NCBI GenBank assembly: GCA_963822945.1
Contig: CAWGJO010000027.1
Location: forward strand, 227,728 to 291,727
DNA length: 64,000 nt
From: an uncultured Gemmatimonadaceae bacterium
GTDB lineage: Bacteria; Gemmatimonadota; Gemmatimonadetes; Gemmatimonadales; Gemmatimonadaceae
Direction of reading: 5' to 3'
Shown here: piece by piece, positions 1-12,182 of the stretch
Position numbering within the stretch: position 1 is the stretch's first letter
Layout: each line of letters begins with the position of its first letter
Notes under the pieces: generated by a model
Told to the model about the DNA's origin: nothing
Database searches by the model: none
The model's input: only the letters and a program-made list of their open reading frames with translations
Translations under genes and position numbers: made by a program

Positions 1-76
1 CCGATGATTTCCTTGGCCTCGGGGTACCACAGTGCCAGAACCCGCATGTTCGGTCTCTCCCGATGTGAAGGAATGG

Positions 77-463
77 TCAACCCCGCGCCGCGGCCTGCAC
101 GTCGGGCGGAAAGTCTTCGATCTCAGCGATCTGCCGTACTTCAATGATGTCGCCATCGAGCATCGGCGCCCGTCTGGCCCACTCGATGGCCTCCTCGCGG
201 GACCGGACCTGGATGATCCAGTACCCGCCCACCAACTCCTTGGACTCCGTGAACGGGCCGTCGCTCACCCGCGGCTTGCCCCCGCCGAACGATACGCGGG
301 CCGCCCTTGCCGGCGGCGTGAGGCCGTCGAGTCCCAGCAGGACACCGGCCTTGCTCAGCGAATCGTTGTACTTCGTCATCTTGGCCACGAGATCGGCGGG
401 CGGCACGAAGTCGGCTGTCGCAGTCTCGTACGCCTTCGGAATTACCAGCATCATGAACCGCAT
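77..463 (-). CDS. YciI/DGPF-domain protein
   Basis: MRFMMLV...VSDGPFTESKELVGGYWIIQVRSREEAIEWA...IEVRQI signature; GAGAGG RBS 9 nt before ATG at 463. Confidence 0.9.
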   Translation of the reverse strand: MRFMMLVIPKAYETATADFVPPADLVAKMTKYNDSLSKAGVLLGLDGLTPPARAARVSFGGGKPRVSDGPFTESKELVGGYWIIQVRSREEAIEWARRAPMLDGDIIEVRQIAEIEDFPPDVQAAARG

Positions 464-517
464 CGTGTTCATCCTCTCGGGTTTGCGTGATTGGACCACA
501 CCGGCCTGCAATGATAC

Positions 518-544
518 GTCGAACGAGACGCGCCGGAATCGACA
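518..544 (-). promoter_or_regulatory. ECF42-type promoter (TGTCGA-N17-CGAC) upstream of DGPF gene
   Basis: Minus strand reads TGTCGAttccggcgcgtctcgttCGAC; same motif precedes the second DGPF gene at 41404-41429. Confidence 0.65.
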
Positions 545-781
545 CGACCCGTTCCTGGGGTGCTGACCTCGGCTCTTCCCCGGGGCTAGTGATCGGGTCC
601 GCAGCCGTCTGGAGCGGGCGCAGGAAAGCGGCGGGGCCCCGGCACTTGCCGACCCCTCCACTTGAGCGCACCTTGACCCGTCATACTGCGCTTCCCGCCT
701 TTCCCCCCAGGGGTTCGAAGCCTTCTGAATCGCTCGGCTTGATCAAGCCGCAAGAGGCTTACTGAGAGAGGGACCCCTGCC

Positions 782-3700
782 ATGTTCACAGCACCCCGCG
801 TTCTCCTGCTCGCCTGTCTGTCGCTGGCTGTGCCGGCGGTGTCCCGGGCCCCCACGCCCACCCCCGTCCCCGCCCCCGTGCCACCCGGGCAACTCACCAG
901 TGCCCTGCGCTGGCGCAGCGTGGGCCCGTACACCGGCGGACGCGTGACGGCGGTGGCCGGCATCGCGGCCGAGCCCAGCGTGTTCTATATGGGAACGGCC
1001 GGCGGCGGCGTCTGGAGAACCGACGATTACGGCCACAACTGGAAGAACATTTCGGACAAGCAGTTCAAGACGAGCAACATCGGCGCGGTCGCCATCGCGC
1101 CCTCCGATTCGAGCATCATCTACGTGGGCACGGGCGATTCGGGCCCCCGGAATACGGTTCTGACCGACGAGGGCGGAATGTACCGGTCCGCCGACGGCGG
1201 CAAGACGTGGTCGTTCGTCGGACTGGACGACACGCACATCATCACGTGGATCGTCGTCGATCCCGCCAACCCCGACGTCGTCTACGCCGCGGCGCTCGGC
1301 CATCTGTTCGCGCCCAACCCGGAACGCGGCGTGTTCAAGACCACCGATGGCGGCAAGACCTGGAAGAAGATCCTGTTCGTCAACGACAGCACCGGCGCCA
1401 ACGCGCTGGCCATGGACCCGGCGAATCCCGACGTGGTGTACGCGTCCATGTGGCAGATGTCGCGGAGCCACTGGACGTTCTCCAGCGGCGGGCCGGGCAG
1501 CGGCATCTACAAGACGACCGACGGGGGCGCGACCTGGACGAACATCTCGCACAACGCGGGTCTGCCCACCGGCATCTTCGGCAAGGTCGGCCTCGCCGTG
1601 GCGCCGAGCAGCCCCAACACCGTCTACGCGCTGATCCAGGCGGACTACAAGGGCCAGGCCGGCGGCCTGTTCCGCTCGGAGGACGGCGGCCAGAGCTGGA
1701 CGCTCATCAACAACAGCATGGATATCACGCAGCGCGCCTTCTATTACATGAACGTCTATGTCGACCCCAAGGATGCCAACACGATCTACCTGCCGAACGT
1801 CGGCGTGTACGTGTCGCACGATGCGGGGAAGACGCTCACCGCGCTGCATCCGCCGCACGGCGACAACCACGTGCTGTGGATCAACCCGAACAACCCGCAG
1901 ACCTTCATCGAAGGCAACGACGGCGGCGCGACCGTCACCCTGAACGGCGGGAAGGCCTTCAGCTCCGAGGACAACCAGCCCACGGGGCAGTTCTATCACG
2001 CCAACCTCGACGATCAGTTCCCGTTCCACATCTACGGCGCGCAGCAGGACCGGAGTTCGGTGGCCGGGCCGAGCGACGTGCCGCCACCGGTGTGGACCAA
2101 CATCCAGGGCGGAGAGATGAGCTGGGTGGTGCCCACCCCCGGGCGGCCCTGGATCACCTACGGCAGCGGCTACTACAGCAAGGAGTGGAGGGAGAATAGC
2201 CGGACCGGACTCGTCACCAACGTGAGCCCCTGGCCATCCTACCAGTTCGGCCTCGCGGGCTCGAAGATCAGGTACCGCTACGGCTGGAACCACCACCCCG
2301 TCGTGTTCGCGCCCCACAATCCCAGGGAGTTGTTGATGGGAGCGAACGTGTTGTTCGAGACGCTGGACGAGGGCACGCACTGGAAGGTGATCAGTCCGGA
2401 CCTCACGCGAAACGACAAGAGCAAGCAGGCGCGGCCGGGAGGTCCCATCAGCGCGGACGTCACCGGCGAGGAGATGTTCGGCACCATCTCGTCGATCGCC
2501 GTCTCGCCGCTCACGGACAACGTGATCTGGACGGGCTCCGACGACGGTCTGGTGCACGTGACCACGGATGCGGGCGCGCACTGGAGCCAGGTGCGCCCGC
2601 CGACGCTGCCCGAGTGGTCCACGATCACCTGCATCGAGCCGTCGCACACACACGCCGGCACCGCGTATCTGTCGGCAAGCCGGTACGACTGGGACGACTT
2701 CCACCCGTACGTGTACAAGACCACCGACTACGGCAAGCACTGGACGGCGCTCACCACCGGGCTGCCGGACGGCCAGTACGTGGAGAGCGTGCGGGAGGAC
2801 CCGAACCAGCCGACCCTGCTGTTCGCGGGCACCAGCCGAACCGCGTACTTCAGCATGGATGGCGGCAAACTGTGGCAGCCGTTGAGCCTCAACCTGCCGG
2901 CGGTTCGCGTGAACGATATCGAGGTCCAGCCCGAGCAGCACGCCGTGGTGCTCGCCACCTTCGGCCGCGGCTTCTGGGTGATGGACGACCTGCAGTTCCT
3001 CGAGCAGCTACACACGTCCCATGTGACGAGCCAGGCGTCGTATCTGTTCAAGCCGCAGCAGAGCTGGCTCGTGGCACGCCGTGGTGGCGGGTTCGGCCGG
3101 GGCGGGGCGGGAGGGTCGAACCTGGCGCCGGGCGTCGCGGTCTTCTTCAACGTGCCGGCAGACTACGATGGCAGCACGCCGGTGAAGCTCAGCTTCACCA
3201 GTGCGAGCGGCAAGCTGATCCGCAGCTTCACGCTGCACGCCAGGACGCACGCCAAGTCCGGCGCTTCGTCGCCCCGCCCGCGGCCGCGCGGGCGCAACAG
3301 GAAGCGCGATTGACCGCCATCGAGCCCGGCATGAACCGCTTCCAGTGGGATCTGCGGTACCCGAACGCGGTGGACGTGAAGGGCATCTTCAACTCCGGCT
3401 TCTCGGCCGGCGTGCCCGTCGGTCCCGAAGTGGTGCCGGGCACCTACGACGTGACGCTGACCTACGGCACCACCACGCAGAAGCAGTCGTTCGTGGTCAA
3501 GCTGGACCCGCGCCTGAACACCACGCAGGCGCAGCTGCAGCAGCGCTTCGCGCTGCTGATGCGGATCCACGGCGCGCTGGCGCGGCTCGATTCAACCTTG
3601 AACCAGGCCATCGACGCCCGCAGCGCGCTCGAGAAGGCCGTCGCCAAGGGCACCATGTCCGGCGGTCAGGTGCACGCGGCGCTGAACGACCTGAACAAAG

Positions 3701-3930
3701 ACGTCGACGATTTGGTGGACCTCAAGATCCAGTCGGGCGAAGGCGCGCTCGTCTATCCCGGTCGGCTGCGCTCCTGGCTGACGTCGATCGCGGCGCAGGT
3801 GGATCTGGCGTTCGTACCGCCCACGCCGGCCATGGTACAGGTGGCGAATGGATACATCCACGAGGCGGGCACGGGCGTCGCACGGCTACAAGCCGACCTC
3901 GCTGCTGCTCACAAGCTCGTGAATCCGTGA
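782..3930 (+). pseudogene. Secreted BNR/Asp-box (VPS10/sortilin-like) beta-propeller glycosyl hydrolase-like protein, split by a frameshift near 3250-3310
   Basis: Signal peptide, WRSVGPYTGGRV start and many S/TxDGGxTW boxes in ORF 782-3313; typical C-terminus (GMNRFQWDLRYP...PGTYDVTL...VKLDPR) continues in another frame to 3930; may be a sequence error. Confidence 0.75.
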
Positions 3931-4028
3931 GCACCGGCGACCCGGCGGTATCCCCGCCGGGTCGCCATTCGGCACGCCCGGCCACGGCCGCTATCGACCG
4001 TTGGCCGGCGCGTCCCGATTGGGCGTGA

Positions 4029-5477
<1,449 letters not shown>

Positions 5478-5545
5478 CGCCCCTCCCTCCTCGATTCGGG
5501 ACCGCGCAATTCGACCGCGCAGCCGCGTACGTGGAAGGAGGGCGA

Positions 5546-5583
5546 CGAACGGCCGGCCCGATGATCATCGAGCCGGCCGTTCG
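5546..5583. repeat. 38-bp near-perfect palindrome, copy 1
   Basis: CGAACGGCCGGCCCGATGATCATCGAGCCGGCCGTTCG, one mismatch; nearly identical to 7102-7139. Confidence 0.9.
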
Positions 5584-5600
5584 CTCTTCTCGCAACACCG

Positions 5601-7034
5601 TCAGGGCAGCACTTTGATATTTACCGAGTCGCCGCGCGCGCCGGTCGCCGCCGTGGACGAGCTGGCGCCGCCCGCGCCCGGCGCGCCGATGTGGAACACC
5701 ACGCCATTGCCGTTGAAGGCGCCGTTCCCCAGCACGAGGATGCCGATCGACGGTCCGCCGCCTCCACCACCGCCCTGACCCCCCGCGCCACCAGCGCCGC
5801 CGGTGCCACCCTTGCCACCCGCGCCGGCCCCGCCGGCCGCCGGACCGCCGGCCCCGCCAGCGCCGCCGGCCGCGCCCAGCTGCCCCGCGCCACCCGCGCC
5901 CCCGATTCCGCCCCCCGCAGTAACGACCGACGTGCTGTCCAGGTTCACTTGACTGGTGGTGCCGAGCACGACGGCGATCGATGCATATCCTCCGGATCCG
6001 GCCCGGCCTCCCGCCCCGCCCTCGCCGCCCTGGCCTCCCCCACCACCGCCGCCACCACAGGTGAAGACGAGCGCTCCCCCGCCGCCTCCGCCGCCTCCAC
6101 CGCCATCGCCGTCCTGCCCGTTCGATCCGGGGGTCCCGTCCGCGGGCCGGTATCCCGATCCCATGGAGAACGTCCCGGTCGACGTGCCCCCCATTCCGGG
6201 CGCGCCGGCGGCGGCCGCCACCGCCGGTGACTTGCCCGGGGCGCCAGCGGTGAACGTCGCGCCGCCCTTGCCGGCGGCGCCGCCGTGGGTGCCCGCGCCC
6301 GCTTTACCGTCGAATCCACCGGCGGCTCCCCCTGTGCCGCCCGCGCCGCCGCTCGCTCCCGCCGGAGAATTCTGCGAGCCCCCGGAGCCGCCGACGCGGT
6401 CGGGCGGACACACACCGGCCGACACGCCGGCCGACCCCGCCTGCCCGTAGACGGGCGCCGCATTCGTATAGCCCGCGCCGCCGGGACCGTCGTCTCCGGG
6501 GCCGGCCGAGATCGTCCCCCCACGAATCTCGATTGCGGTGCTCGAGTCGAACATGACGGTCGCGTACTGCGTGCCGTGCGGCGTCGCAAAGTTGACACCG
6601 TCTACGGTGTCACCGACCACGCCCACACCACCGAGCGCCACGCCATCGCTCTGCACGTCGGTAGGGTGCTGCGCGGTATCCCGGGCCCACGTGGACGGAT
6701 CGTAGCCGCCGACCAATCGAAGGTGCGAGCGCAGCATCACCTTCTCCTGGTACGTGCCGCCGGCGATGCGAATCACCCGCCCCGAGTCGGCGGCGGCGAT
6801 CGCGGCCGTGATGGTTGCCAGCGGCTGCTGTCGCGTGCCGGCGTTCGCATCGTTGCCGGTGGTGGCGCTCACGAACAGATCGTGGGCCATGCTGTCCACC
6901 GGTCCGCCGCCGTTCCCGTTTCCGTTTCCCGGGCCCGTCGAGTCCGCGGCGCCGCCGCAGGCGGCAATTGCACAAACGATGGCCGCTCCGAGCAACAGTC
7001 CGAACCCTCGATACCATCGTGGGCTTTCGTGCAT
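5601..7034 (-). CDS. Glycine-rich lipoprotein with DUF1565-like region (paralogue 2)
   Basis: IAACGG lipobox; shares GGPVDSMAHDLFVS, LRSH..GGYDPSTW and CGGGGGGGGQGG with 4029-5477. Confidence 0.85.
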   Translation of the reverse strand: MHESPRWYRGFGLLLGAAIVCAIAACGGAADSTGPGNGNGNGGGPVDSMAHDLFVSATTGNDANAGTRQQPLATITAAIAAADSGRVIRIAGGTYQEKVMLRSHLRLVGGYDPSTWARDTAQHPTDVQSDGVALGGVGVVGDTVDGVNFATPHGTQYATVMFDSSTAIEIRGGTISAGPGDDGPGGAGYTNAAPVYGQAGSAGVSAGVCPPDRVGGSGGSQNSPAGASGGAGGTGGAAGGFDGKAGAGTHGGAAGKGGATFTAGAPGKSPAVAAAAGAPGMGGTSTGTFSMGSGYRPADGTPGSNGQDGDGGGGGGGGGGALVFTCGGGGGGGGQGGEGGAGGRAGSGGYASIAVVLGTTSQVNLDSTSVVTAGGGIGGAGGAGQLGAAGGAGGAGGPAAGGAGAGGKGGTGGAGGAGGQGGGGGGGPSIGILVLGNGAFNGNGVVFHIGAPGAGGASSSTAATGARGDSVNIKVLP

Positions 7035-7101
7035 CGTTCCTCCCCGTCCGACGTGGTGCGACCCCGCCGCGGATGCGGCAGGCCGTCAGAGGGAGGGGCG
7101 A

Positions 7102-7139
7102 CAAACGGCCGGCCCGATGATCATCGAGCCGGCCGTTCG
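7102..7139. repeat. Near-perfect palindrome, copy 2
   Basis: AACGGCCGGCCCGATGATCATCGAGCCGGCCGTT between ompA-like stop and paralogue 2 start. Confidence 0.9.
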
Positions 7140-7203
7140 TGCCGCCCACACGCCGGTGAACCCCCGAGGAGGCGTTCGTCGGACGTGCCCGTGCGGATGG
7201 ACG

Positions 7204-7893
7204 CTACTGCTGGCCGCCCGCCGCCGCGATCGCCGCCGCGTTGGCGTAGATCGCGACTTCCACACGCCGGTTGAGCGCCATGCCGGCGTCCGTGGCGTTA
7301 CTGGCCACCGGTTCCGTCTCGCCGCGGCCCACGGTGTGCAGTCGTGACGCGCTCACGCCCTGCGACACGAGGTAGTCCGCCGCCGCCTGCGCCCGTCGCT
7401 CCGACAGCGCCTGATTGTAGTCGGCGGCGCCGGATGCGTCGGTGTGTCCGACGATCAGCACGTTGGTGTTCGGATACTGATTCAGGCTGACGGCCAGGTT
7501 GCGCAGATTCGTCGCCGCATTCGGCAGCACCTGCGAGGCGTCGAAGGCGAACAACAGCCCGGAGGCGAATGTCACCTGGATGCCCTCGCCGACCCGTTCC
7601 ACCGTCGCGCCCGTGACCGTCTGCTTGATGCCCTTGGCCTGCTGGTCCATCTGATTGCCGATGATGGTGCCGGCGAGCCCGCCGACCACGGCCCCGATGA
7701 TTGCGCCGCGAGCCGTGGATCCGGTCTGGTTGCCCACCACCGCGCCAACGCCGGCCCCGGCGCCGGCGCCGATGAGCGCCCCGCTGCTCTTCTTGTTCAG
7801 CGACGCGCAGGCCGACAACGTCGTGGCGAGTGCCAGGAGCACCGCGGCTCGCGGTATCCTGCGGCGCATGGTGAGTATTCGTGGTCTGTTCAT
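7204..7893 (-). CDS. OmpA-family lipoprotein with glycine zipper (YiaD-like)
   Basis: LSAC lipobox, GALIGAGAGAGVGAVVG zipper, GHTD...YNQALSERRA...NRRVEV. Confidence 0.92.
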   Translation of the reverse strand: MNRPRILTMRRRIPRAAVLLALATTLSACASLNKKSSGALIGAGAGAGVGAVVGNQTGSTARGAIIGAVVGGLAGTIIGNQMDQQAKGIKQTVTGATVERVGEGIQVTFASGLLFAFDASQVLPNAATNLRNLAVSLNQYPNTNVLIVGHTDASGAADYNQALSERRAQAAADYLVSQGVSASRLHTVGRGETEPVASNATDAGMALNRRVEVAIYANAAAIAAAGGQQ

Positions 7894-7916
7894 TGCGGCC
7901 TCGTGGAACGGGAGTC

Positions 7917-8066
7917 CTACAGTACCTTCCGGCCCTGGATCACGCGCACCAGGACCACGATGATGGCGATGACGAGCAGGATGTGAATCAGTCCGCCCAT
8001 CGTGTATGCGGTGATCATCCCCAGCAGCCACAGCACCACCAGGATGATCACGATCGTCATGAGCAT
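7917..8066 (-). CDS. lmo0937-family 49-aa membrane microprotein (copy 1)
   Basis: MLMTIVIILVVLWLLGMITAYTMGGLIHILLVIAIIVVLVRVIQGRKVL*; below ORF-track cutoff, translated by hand. Confidence 0.85.
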   Translation of the reverse strand: MLMTIVIILVVLWLLGMITAYTMGGLIHILLVIAIIVVLVRVIQGRKVL

Positions 8067-8075
8067 GGAGGCACC

Positions 8076-8726
8076 CTAGTTCGAGGTAATCGTCAATGAT
8101 CGCGTGAGGGTCAGCGTGATCCGGGTGCCCGACGCCACGACGACATCGCGGTCGGCGATGGTCGCTGCGCGCGCACCGCCCGCCACGGCACCGATGGCTC
8201 CACCGATGATCGTACTCTTCTGATCCTTGCCGATTGCCTGGCCGACCGCCGCGCCAACCGCGGTACCCACGGCCACGTTTCCGACGGCGCTCTTGGTGAT
8301 GCCGCGCCCTTCGAGCGTGTGCGGCACCGTACCCACGGTCGCGCCCAGCTCGTACGTCGTCCCGGCCACCGTCACCGACGTGCCACGCAGCGCGATGGCG
8401 CCGTCCTTCTGGCCCGAATTCAGGGCCGGTCCCAGCTCCGTGATCGTCAGTACCACAGGCGAACCGCTCGGAATGACCACCAGGCCGGCGTCATCCATCA
8501 CGTCGTCGCTCACGACTCCGTTCACGTGCTGTCCCACGGTGTTGGTGCGCGACGAGATCGCGTCCTGAATCGTGACTGCCACGGCAGAGCCGTTGGACAG
8601 CACGCGGGGCGACGCGCTCGCGGCGTCTGCGGCCGCTCCACTCGTGCCGGACGTATCCTTGCCCTGGGCACCGGCGCATGCGAGGAGACCGAACGCGAGC
8701 AGTCCGGCAATGAGAGATCGTGACAT
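8076..8726 (-). CDS. Hypothetical lipoprotein with glycine zipper
   Basis: LLAC lipobox; ISSRTNTVGQ...VVIPSGS; GTAVGAAVGQAIG...IIGGAIGAVAG. Confidence 0.75.
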   Translation of the reverse strand: MSRSLIAGLLAFGLLACAGAQGKDTSGTSGAAADAASASPRVLSNGSAVAVTIQDAISSRTNTVGQHVNGVVSDDVMDDAGLVVIPSGSPVVLTITELGPALNSGQKDGAIALRGTSVTVAGTTYELGATVGTVPHTLEGRGITKSAVGNVAVGTAVGAAVGQAIGKDQKSTIIGGAIGAVAGGARAATIADRDVVVASGTRITLTLTRSLTITSN

Positions 8727-8830
8727 GGGTCCTCGGCGCAGTGGCCGCGAAAGAGAGAAACACGGGCCACCGGCCATGCCGGAACGCCCATCTCATCCGC
8801 GACCTTTCACGTCATCGGGGAGATATCCTG

Positions 8831-8894
8831 AGGTTAGGGCGTCCGGCACCCGCCTCGTATCGCCTGATCAGGTGAAAGAGGGAGTAGTCCCTTT
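8831..8894 (-). promoter_or_regulatory. Shared upstream motif plus -10-like TAACCT, copy 1
   Basis: CGTATCGCCtgatcAGGTGA..GGAGTAGTCCCTTT at 8856-8894 resembles 16818-16854, with the same spacing to a -10-like hexamer. Confidence 0.5.
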
Positions 8895-8955
8895 GGGGGA
8901 CCAGGATATTCGCGGGCTCCAATGGGGGCCGGTGGACGCCGGCGTGGACCGACGG

Positions 8956-9597
8956 CTAGTCGTCGTCCTGGTCGTGCGCGTAGGCGGCGATCTGCAAACG
9001 CGTGTGCAGGGCCAGCTTGTCCATGATGTTGCGCACGTGGCTCTTCACCGTATGGGTGGCGATGTTCAGCCGCTGCGCGATCTCCTTGTTGCTCATCCCC
9101 GCCGCGATCAGCCCGATCACCTCGCGCTCGCGTTGCGTCATCCGCACCGCTTCCATCGCCGTCGCCCCACCCCGCTGCACCGCGGCCTTCGCGATCTGGG
9201 AGAACAACGTGCCCGTCATCGGCGGCGGCAGGACCCGCGCCCCGTCGGCCACCGACCGAATGGTGGCCACGAAATCGTCGAACGTCGCGTCTTTGAGAAT
9301 GAAGCCGGCCACGCCCGCGTTCACGAATTGGGCGATCTCCTCGTGCACGGGCAGCAGATCCATCACAATCACCCGCGATTCCGCCATCTCCTTCCGCACG
9401 GTCTCCGCCAGCCGGAGGCTGCTCCTGTCCTGGAGTCCCACGTCGAGCAGCACCACGCGGGGATTGGCATCCTTCAGCTTCTCGGTTTCCAGGCTCGTCG
9501 CGGCCAGCACCACGCTCACGTCGGCCAGCTCGTTGAGCATGGTCGTCATGCCCTCACGAACGAGGCGATTATCCTCGATGATGGCGACGGTGATCAC
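8956..9597 (-). CDS. NarL/LuxR-family response regulator
   Basis: IIEDN receiver start, LLDV, GFILKD; MTQREREV...GMSNKEIA..LNIATHTVKSHVRNI HTH. Confidence 0.93.
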   Translation of the reverse strand: MITVAIIEDNRLVREGMTTMLNELADVSVVLAATSLETEKLKDANPRVVLLDVGLQDRSSLRLAETVRKEMAESRVIVMDLLPVHEEIAQFVNAGVAGFILKDATFDDFVATIRSVADGARVLPPPMTGTLFSQIAKAAVQRGGATAMEAVRMTQREREVIGLIAAGMSNKEIAQRLNIATHTVKSHVRNIMDKLALHTRLQIAAYAHDQDDD

Positions 9598-9779
9598 GCA
9601 GCACCCGGCCCGGGGCTATCGATTCGCGCGCAGCGGGGCCGCCGCGATGTCATGAGCCACCTTGATGAAGCCATGATTCGGAATCTCTGCGACTTCCGCC
9701 CGGATTGCTAGCCCGCGCGGGCACGCAGCTCCTTCCACCATCGTCCCCGATGGAAGGAGCCCGGCCGGTCGCGATGGTG

Positions 9780-10166
9780 CTACTGCAAGTAGCGGAACAG
9801 ACCAACGAGACCGAGGATGCCGCTGCCCAACATCACGATCGTGCCGGAACGCCCGCCGATGACGGCACCCACGATGAGCCCGGCGCCGCCCACCAGCATG
9901 AGCGCGACATTCTGCGAGTTCTCACCGTCCGCCGGCATTGCGACCATCGCCAATCCGGTCGTCGGGGCCAACGTGCGGGACCCGACAGCGGACGGCTGGA
10001 GCATGGGGCCGACCGTCGACGCGGCCACGGGCTGAACGGCCGGAGCGCTGACGGCGACGGGCGCGACGGCGCGCGAGGTCGAGTCGAACGATGTCTGCTG
10101 AGCCGCCATCGGCGCCGCTACCATCAAGGCGGCGGCGAACAGGAAGAATCGGGTACGCGTAAACAT
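9780..10166 (-). CDS. Hypothetical exported/membrane protein
   Basis: Signal peptide MFTRTRFFLFAAALMVAAPMAA; two C-terminal hydrophobic helices. Confidence 0.7.
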   Translation of the reverse strand: MFTRTRFFLFAAALMVAAPMAAQQTSFDSTSRAVAPVAVSAPAVQPVAASTVGPMLQPSAVGSRTLAPTTGLAMVAMPADGENSQNVALMLVGGAGLIVGAVIGGRSGTIVMLGSGILGLVGLFRYLQ

Positions 10167-10490
10167 TGGGAGCACTCCGAACGTCGAGGGTGAACCGGTG
10201 GTCGCACGCGCCCTACATGGACTCGCATCGCCAACCGGGCACTCTCGACCGTTACGAGAGGCTCTTGATGTGTAGCGGCGGTTCCCTCCCCGATCCATCA
10301 CACCAAAGAACTACGTCCTCGCCGATGGGGACATCTGCGCCCGACACCTATCATACGCGCACCCGTCTGACTACGCTCCGTTCATAGGGAATTGTGCGGT
10401 CGTTCGATGCAGCGGCCGTCGCGTTGGCCGTGCATCGTCACAAGGGGAAGTGCCGTGGTCCGGAACACCGATGTGGTGGAGTCAGCGCCC

Positions 10491-11624
10491 ATGGGCGAAT
10501 CGGTCGCCGACGTATACGCGGCCCTCGGGCTGCTCGCCGACATCGTCGACACCGTGCGCGAACCCCTCCTCGTGCTCGACGCTGCCTTTCGCGTGACCCA
10601 CGCCAATCGCTCGTTCTTCAACACGTTCCAGGTCACGCCAGACGACACCATCGGCCAGGTGATCTTCACGCTCGGCAACGGCCAGTGGGACATCCCACCG
10701 CTGCACACGCTGCTGCGCGACACCCTGCCGCTGCACGCCCAGCTCGATGACTACGACGTCGACCACGTCTTCCCGGGCATCGGGCGCAAGGTGATGCTGC
10801 TCAATGCGCGCCTCGTGGCATCGGGCGCCACCAACCCGCGGATGATTCTCCTCGCCATCGAGGACGTCACCGAACGAAGGCGCGCCGAACACCAACTCGC
10901 GGTCCAACACCGGGAACTGCTGCGATCGAATGCGGCGCTCGAAGCATTTGCCGCCGTCGCCTCGCACGATCTGCAGGAGCCGCTGCGCAAGATCCTCGCC
11001 TTCGGCGAGCGCCTCGAAGCCAACGCGGGCCCGGCACTCGATGCAGACGCCCGCGGCTACCTCGATCGCATGCGCAACGCCGCCACCCGCATGCGGACCC
11101 TGATCGCCGACCTCCTGCTCTATGCGCACGTCACGACGCGTGCCCAACCGTTCGAACCGGTCGATCTCGGGCGCCTGGTCCGCGATGTCATGACGGATAT
11201 GGAAACGTCTATCGCCGAAGCAGGCGCAACGGTGAACGTCGGGGAGCTGCCGGTTGTCGAGGCCGATCCGCTGCAGATGCGCCAGTTGCTGCAGAATCTG
11301 CTCGGCAACGCGCTGAAGTACCGCAGCGGCGCTCGGCCCTCGGTCGTCCGCATCGACGCGACCGTCGCCGACGGAGACACGTACGTCCTCACCGTTGCCG
11401 ACAACGGCATCGGCTTCGGCTCGCAGTACGCGGAACGCATCTTCGGGATGTTCGAACGGCTCCACGGCCGGGCGGAATATGAAGGGTCCGGTATCGGGCT
11501 CGCCATCTGCCGCAGCATCGCCGAGCACCACGGCGGCACCATCAGCGCCGCCGGCACCCCGGACACGGGGGCGACGTTCACGATCGTGCTGCCCGTCCGG
11601 CAACTCACCTCGGTGGACCTCTGA
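10491..11624 (+). CDS. PAS-domain sensor histidine kinase
   Basis: DTVREPLLVLD PAS; ASHDLQEPLRKI H-box; NLLGNALKY; DNGIG; GSGIGLAIC. Confidence 0.93.
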   Translation: MGESVADVYAALGLLADIVDTVREPLLVLDAAFRVTHANRSFFNTFQVTPDDTIGQVIFTLGNGQWDIPPLHTLLRDTLPLHAQLDDYDVDHVFPGIGRKVMLLNARLVASGATNPRMILLAIEDVTERRRAEHQLAVQHRELLRSNAALEAFAAVASHDLQEPLRKILAFGERLEANAGPALDADARGYLDRMRNAATRMRTLIADLLLYAHVTTRAQPFEPVDLGRLVRDVMTDMETSIAEAGATVNVGELPVVEADPLQMRQLLQNLLGNALKYRSGARPSVVRIDATVADGDTYVLTVADNGIGFGSQYAERIFGMFERLHGRAEYEGSGIGLAICRSIAEHHGGTISAAGTPDTGATFTIVLPVRQLTSVDL

Positions 11625-11626
11625 CC

Positions 11627-12088
11627 ATGCTCCAGGGAAACGCAATTCCCGTGATGATTCTCATCGCCGACGACGATGAAGACGATCGACTGCTCACCCG
11701 GCAGGCGCTCGAGGAAGCCCATCTGTCCAACGACGTCCGGTTCGTCGAGGACGGTGAGGAGTTGATGGAGTACCTCCGCCGGCAGGGACGATACGCCGGA
11801 CAGGACGGCAGGGCGCCGCGGCCGGGGCTGATTCTGCTCGACCTCAACATGCCCAAGAAGGACGGGCGCGAGTGCCTGCGCGAGATCAAGGCGGACGACG
11901 ACCTGCGGGACATTCCGGTCGTCGTCCTGTCCACCTCCCGCGAGGAGGAGGATATCACGCGGAGCTACCAGCTCGGCGTCAATTCCTTCATCTCAAAGCC
12001 GGTCACCTTCACCGGCCTCGTGGACGCGTTGAAGGTCATGGGACGCTACTGGTTCGAGCTCGTCGAACTTCCGCCGGCACGCCGGTAG
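11627..12088 (+). CDS. Single-domain response regulator (Rcp1-like)
   Basis: ILIADDD, LILLDLNMPKKDG, SYQLGVNSFISKP. Confidence 0.93.
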   Translation: MLQGNAIPVMILIADDDEDDRLLTRQALEEAHLSNDVRFVEDGEELMEYLRRQGRYAGQDGRAPRPGLILLDLNMPKKDGRECLREIKADDDLRDIPVVVLSTSREEEDITRSYQLGVNSFISKPVTFTGLVDALKVMGRYWFELVELPPARR

Positions 12089-12182
12089 CGCCGTCGGGCG
12101 CGCGCCGGCGACGCCGCGCGCCGCATCCTGGCAGTGGTCTCAGGTCGCTCCGCGGGGAAGTTCGCGCGATGCGCGCGGCGTA

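Noticed and set aside
10224..10242. Third copy of the CGTATCGCC promoter motif
   Set aside because: Only a partial match, with no -10 hexamer at the expected spacing
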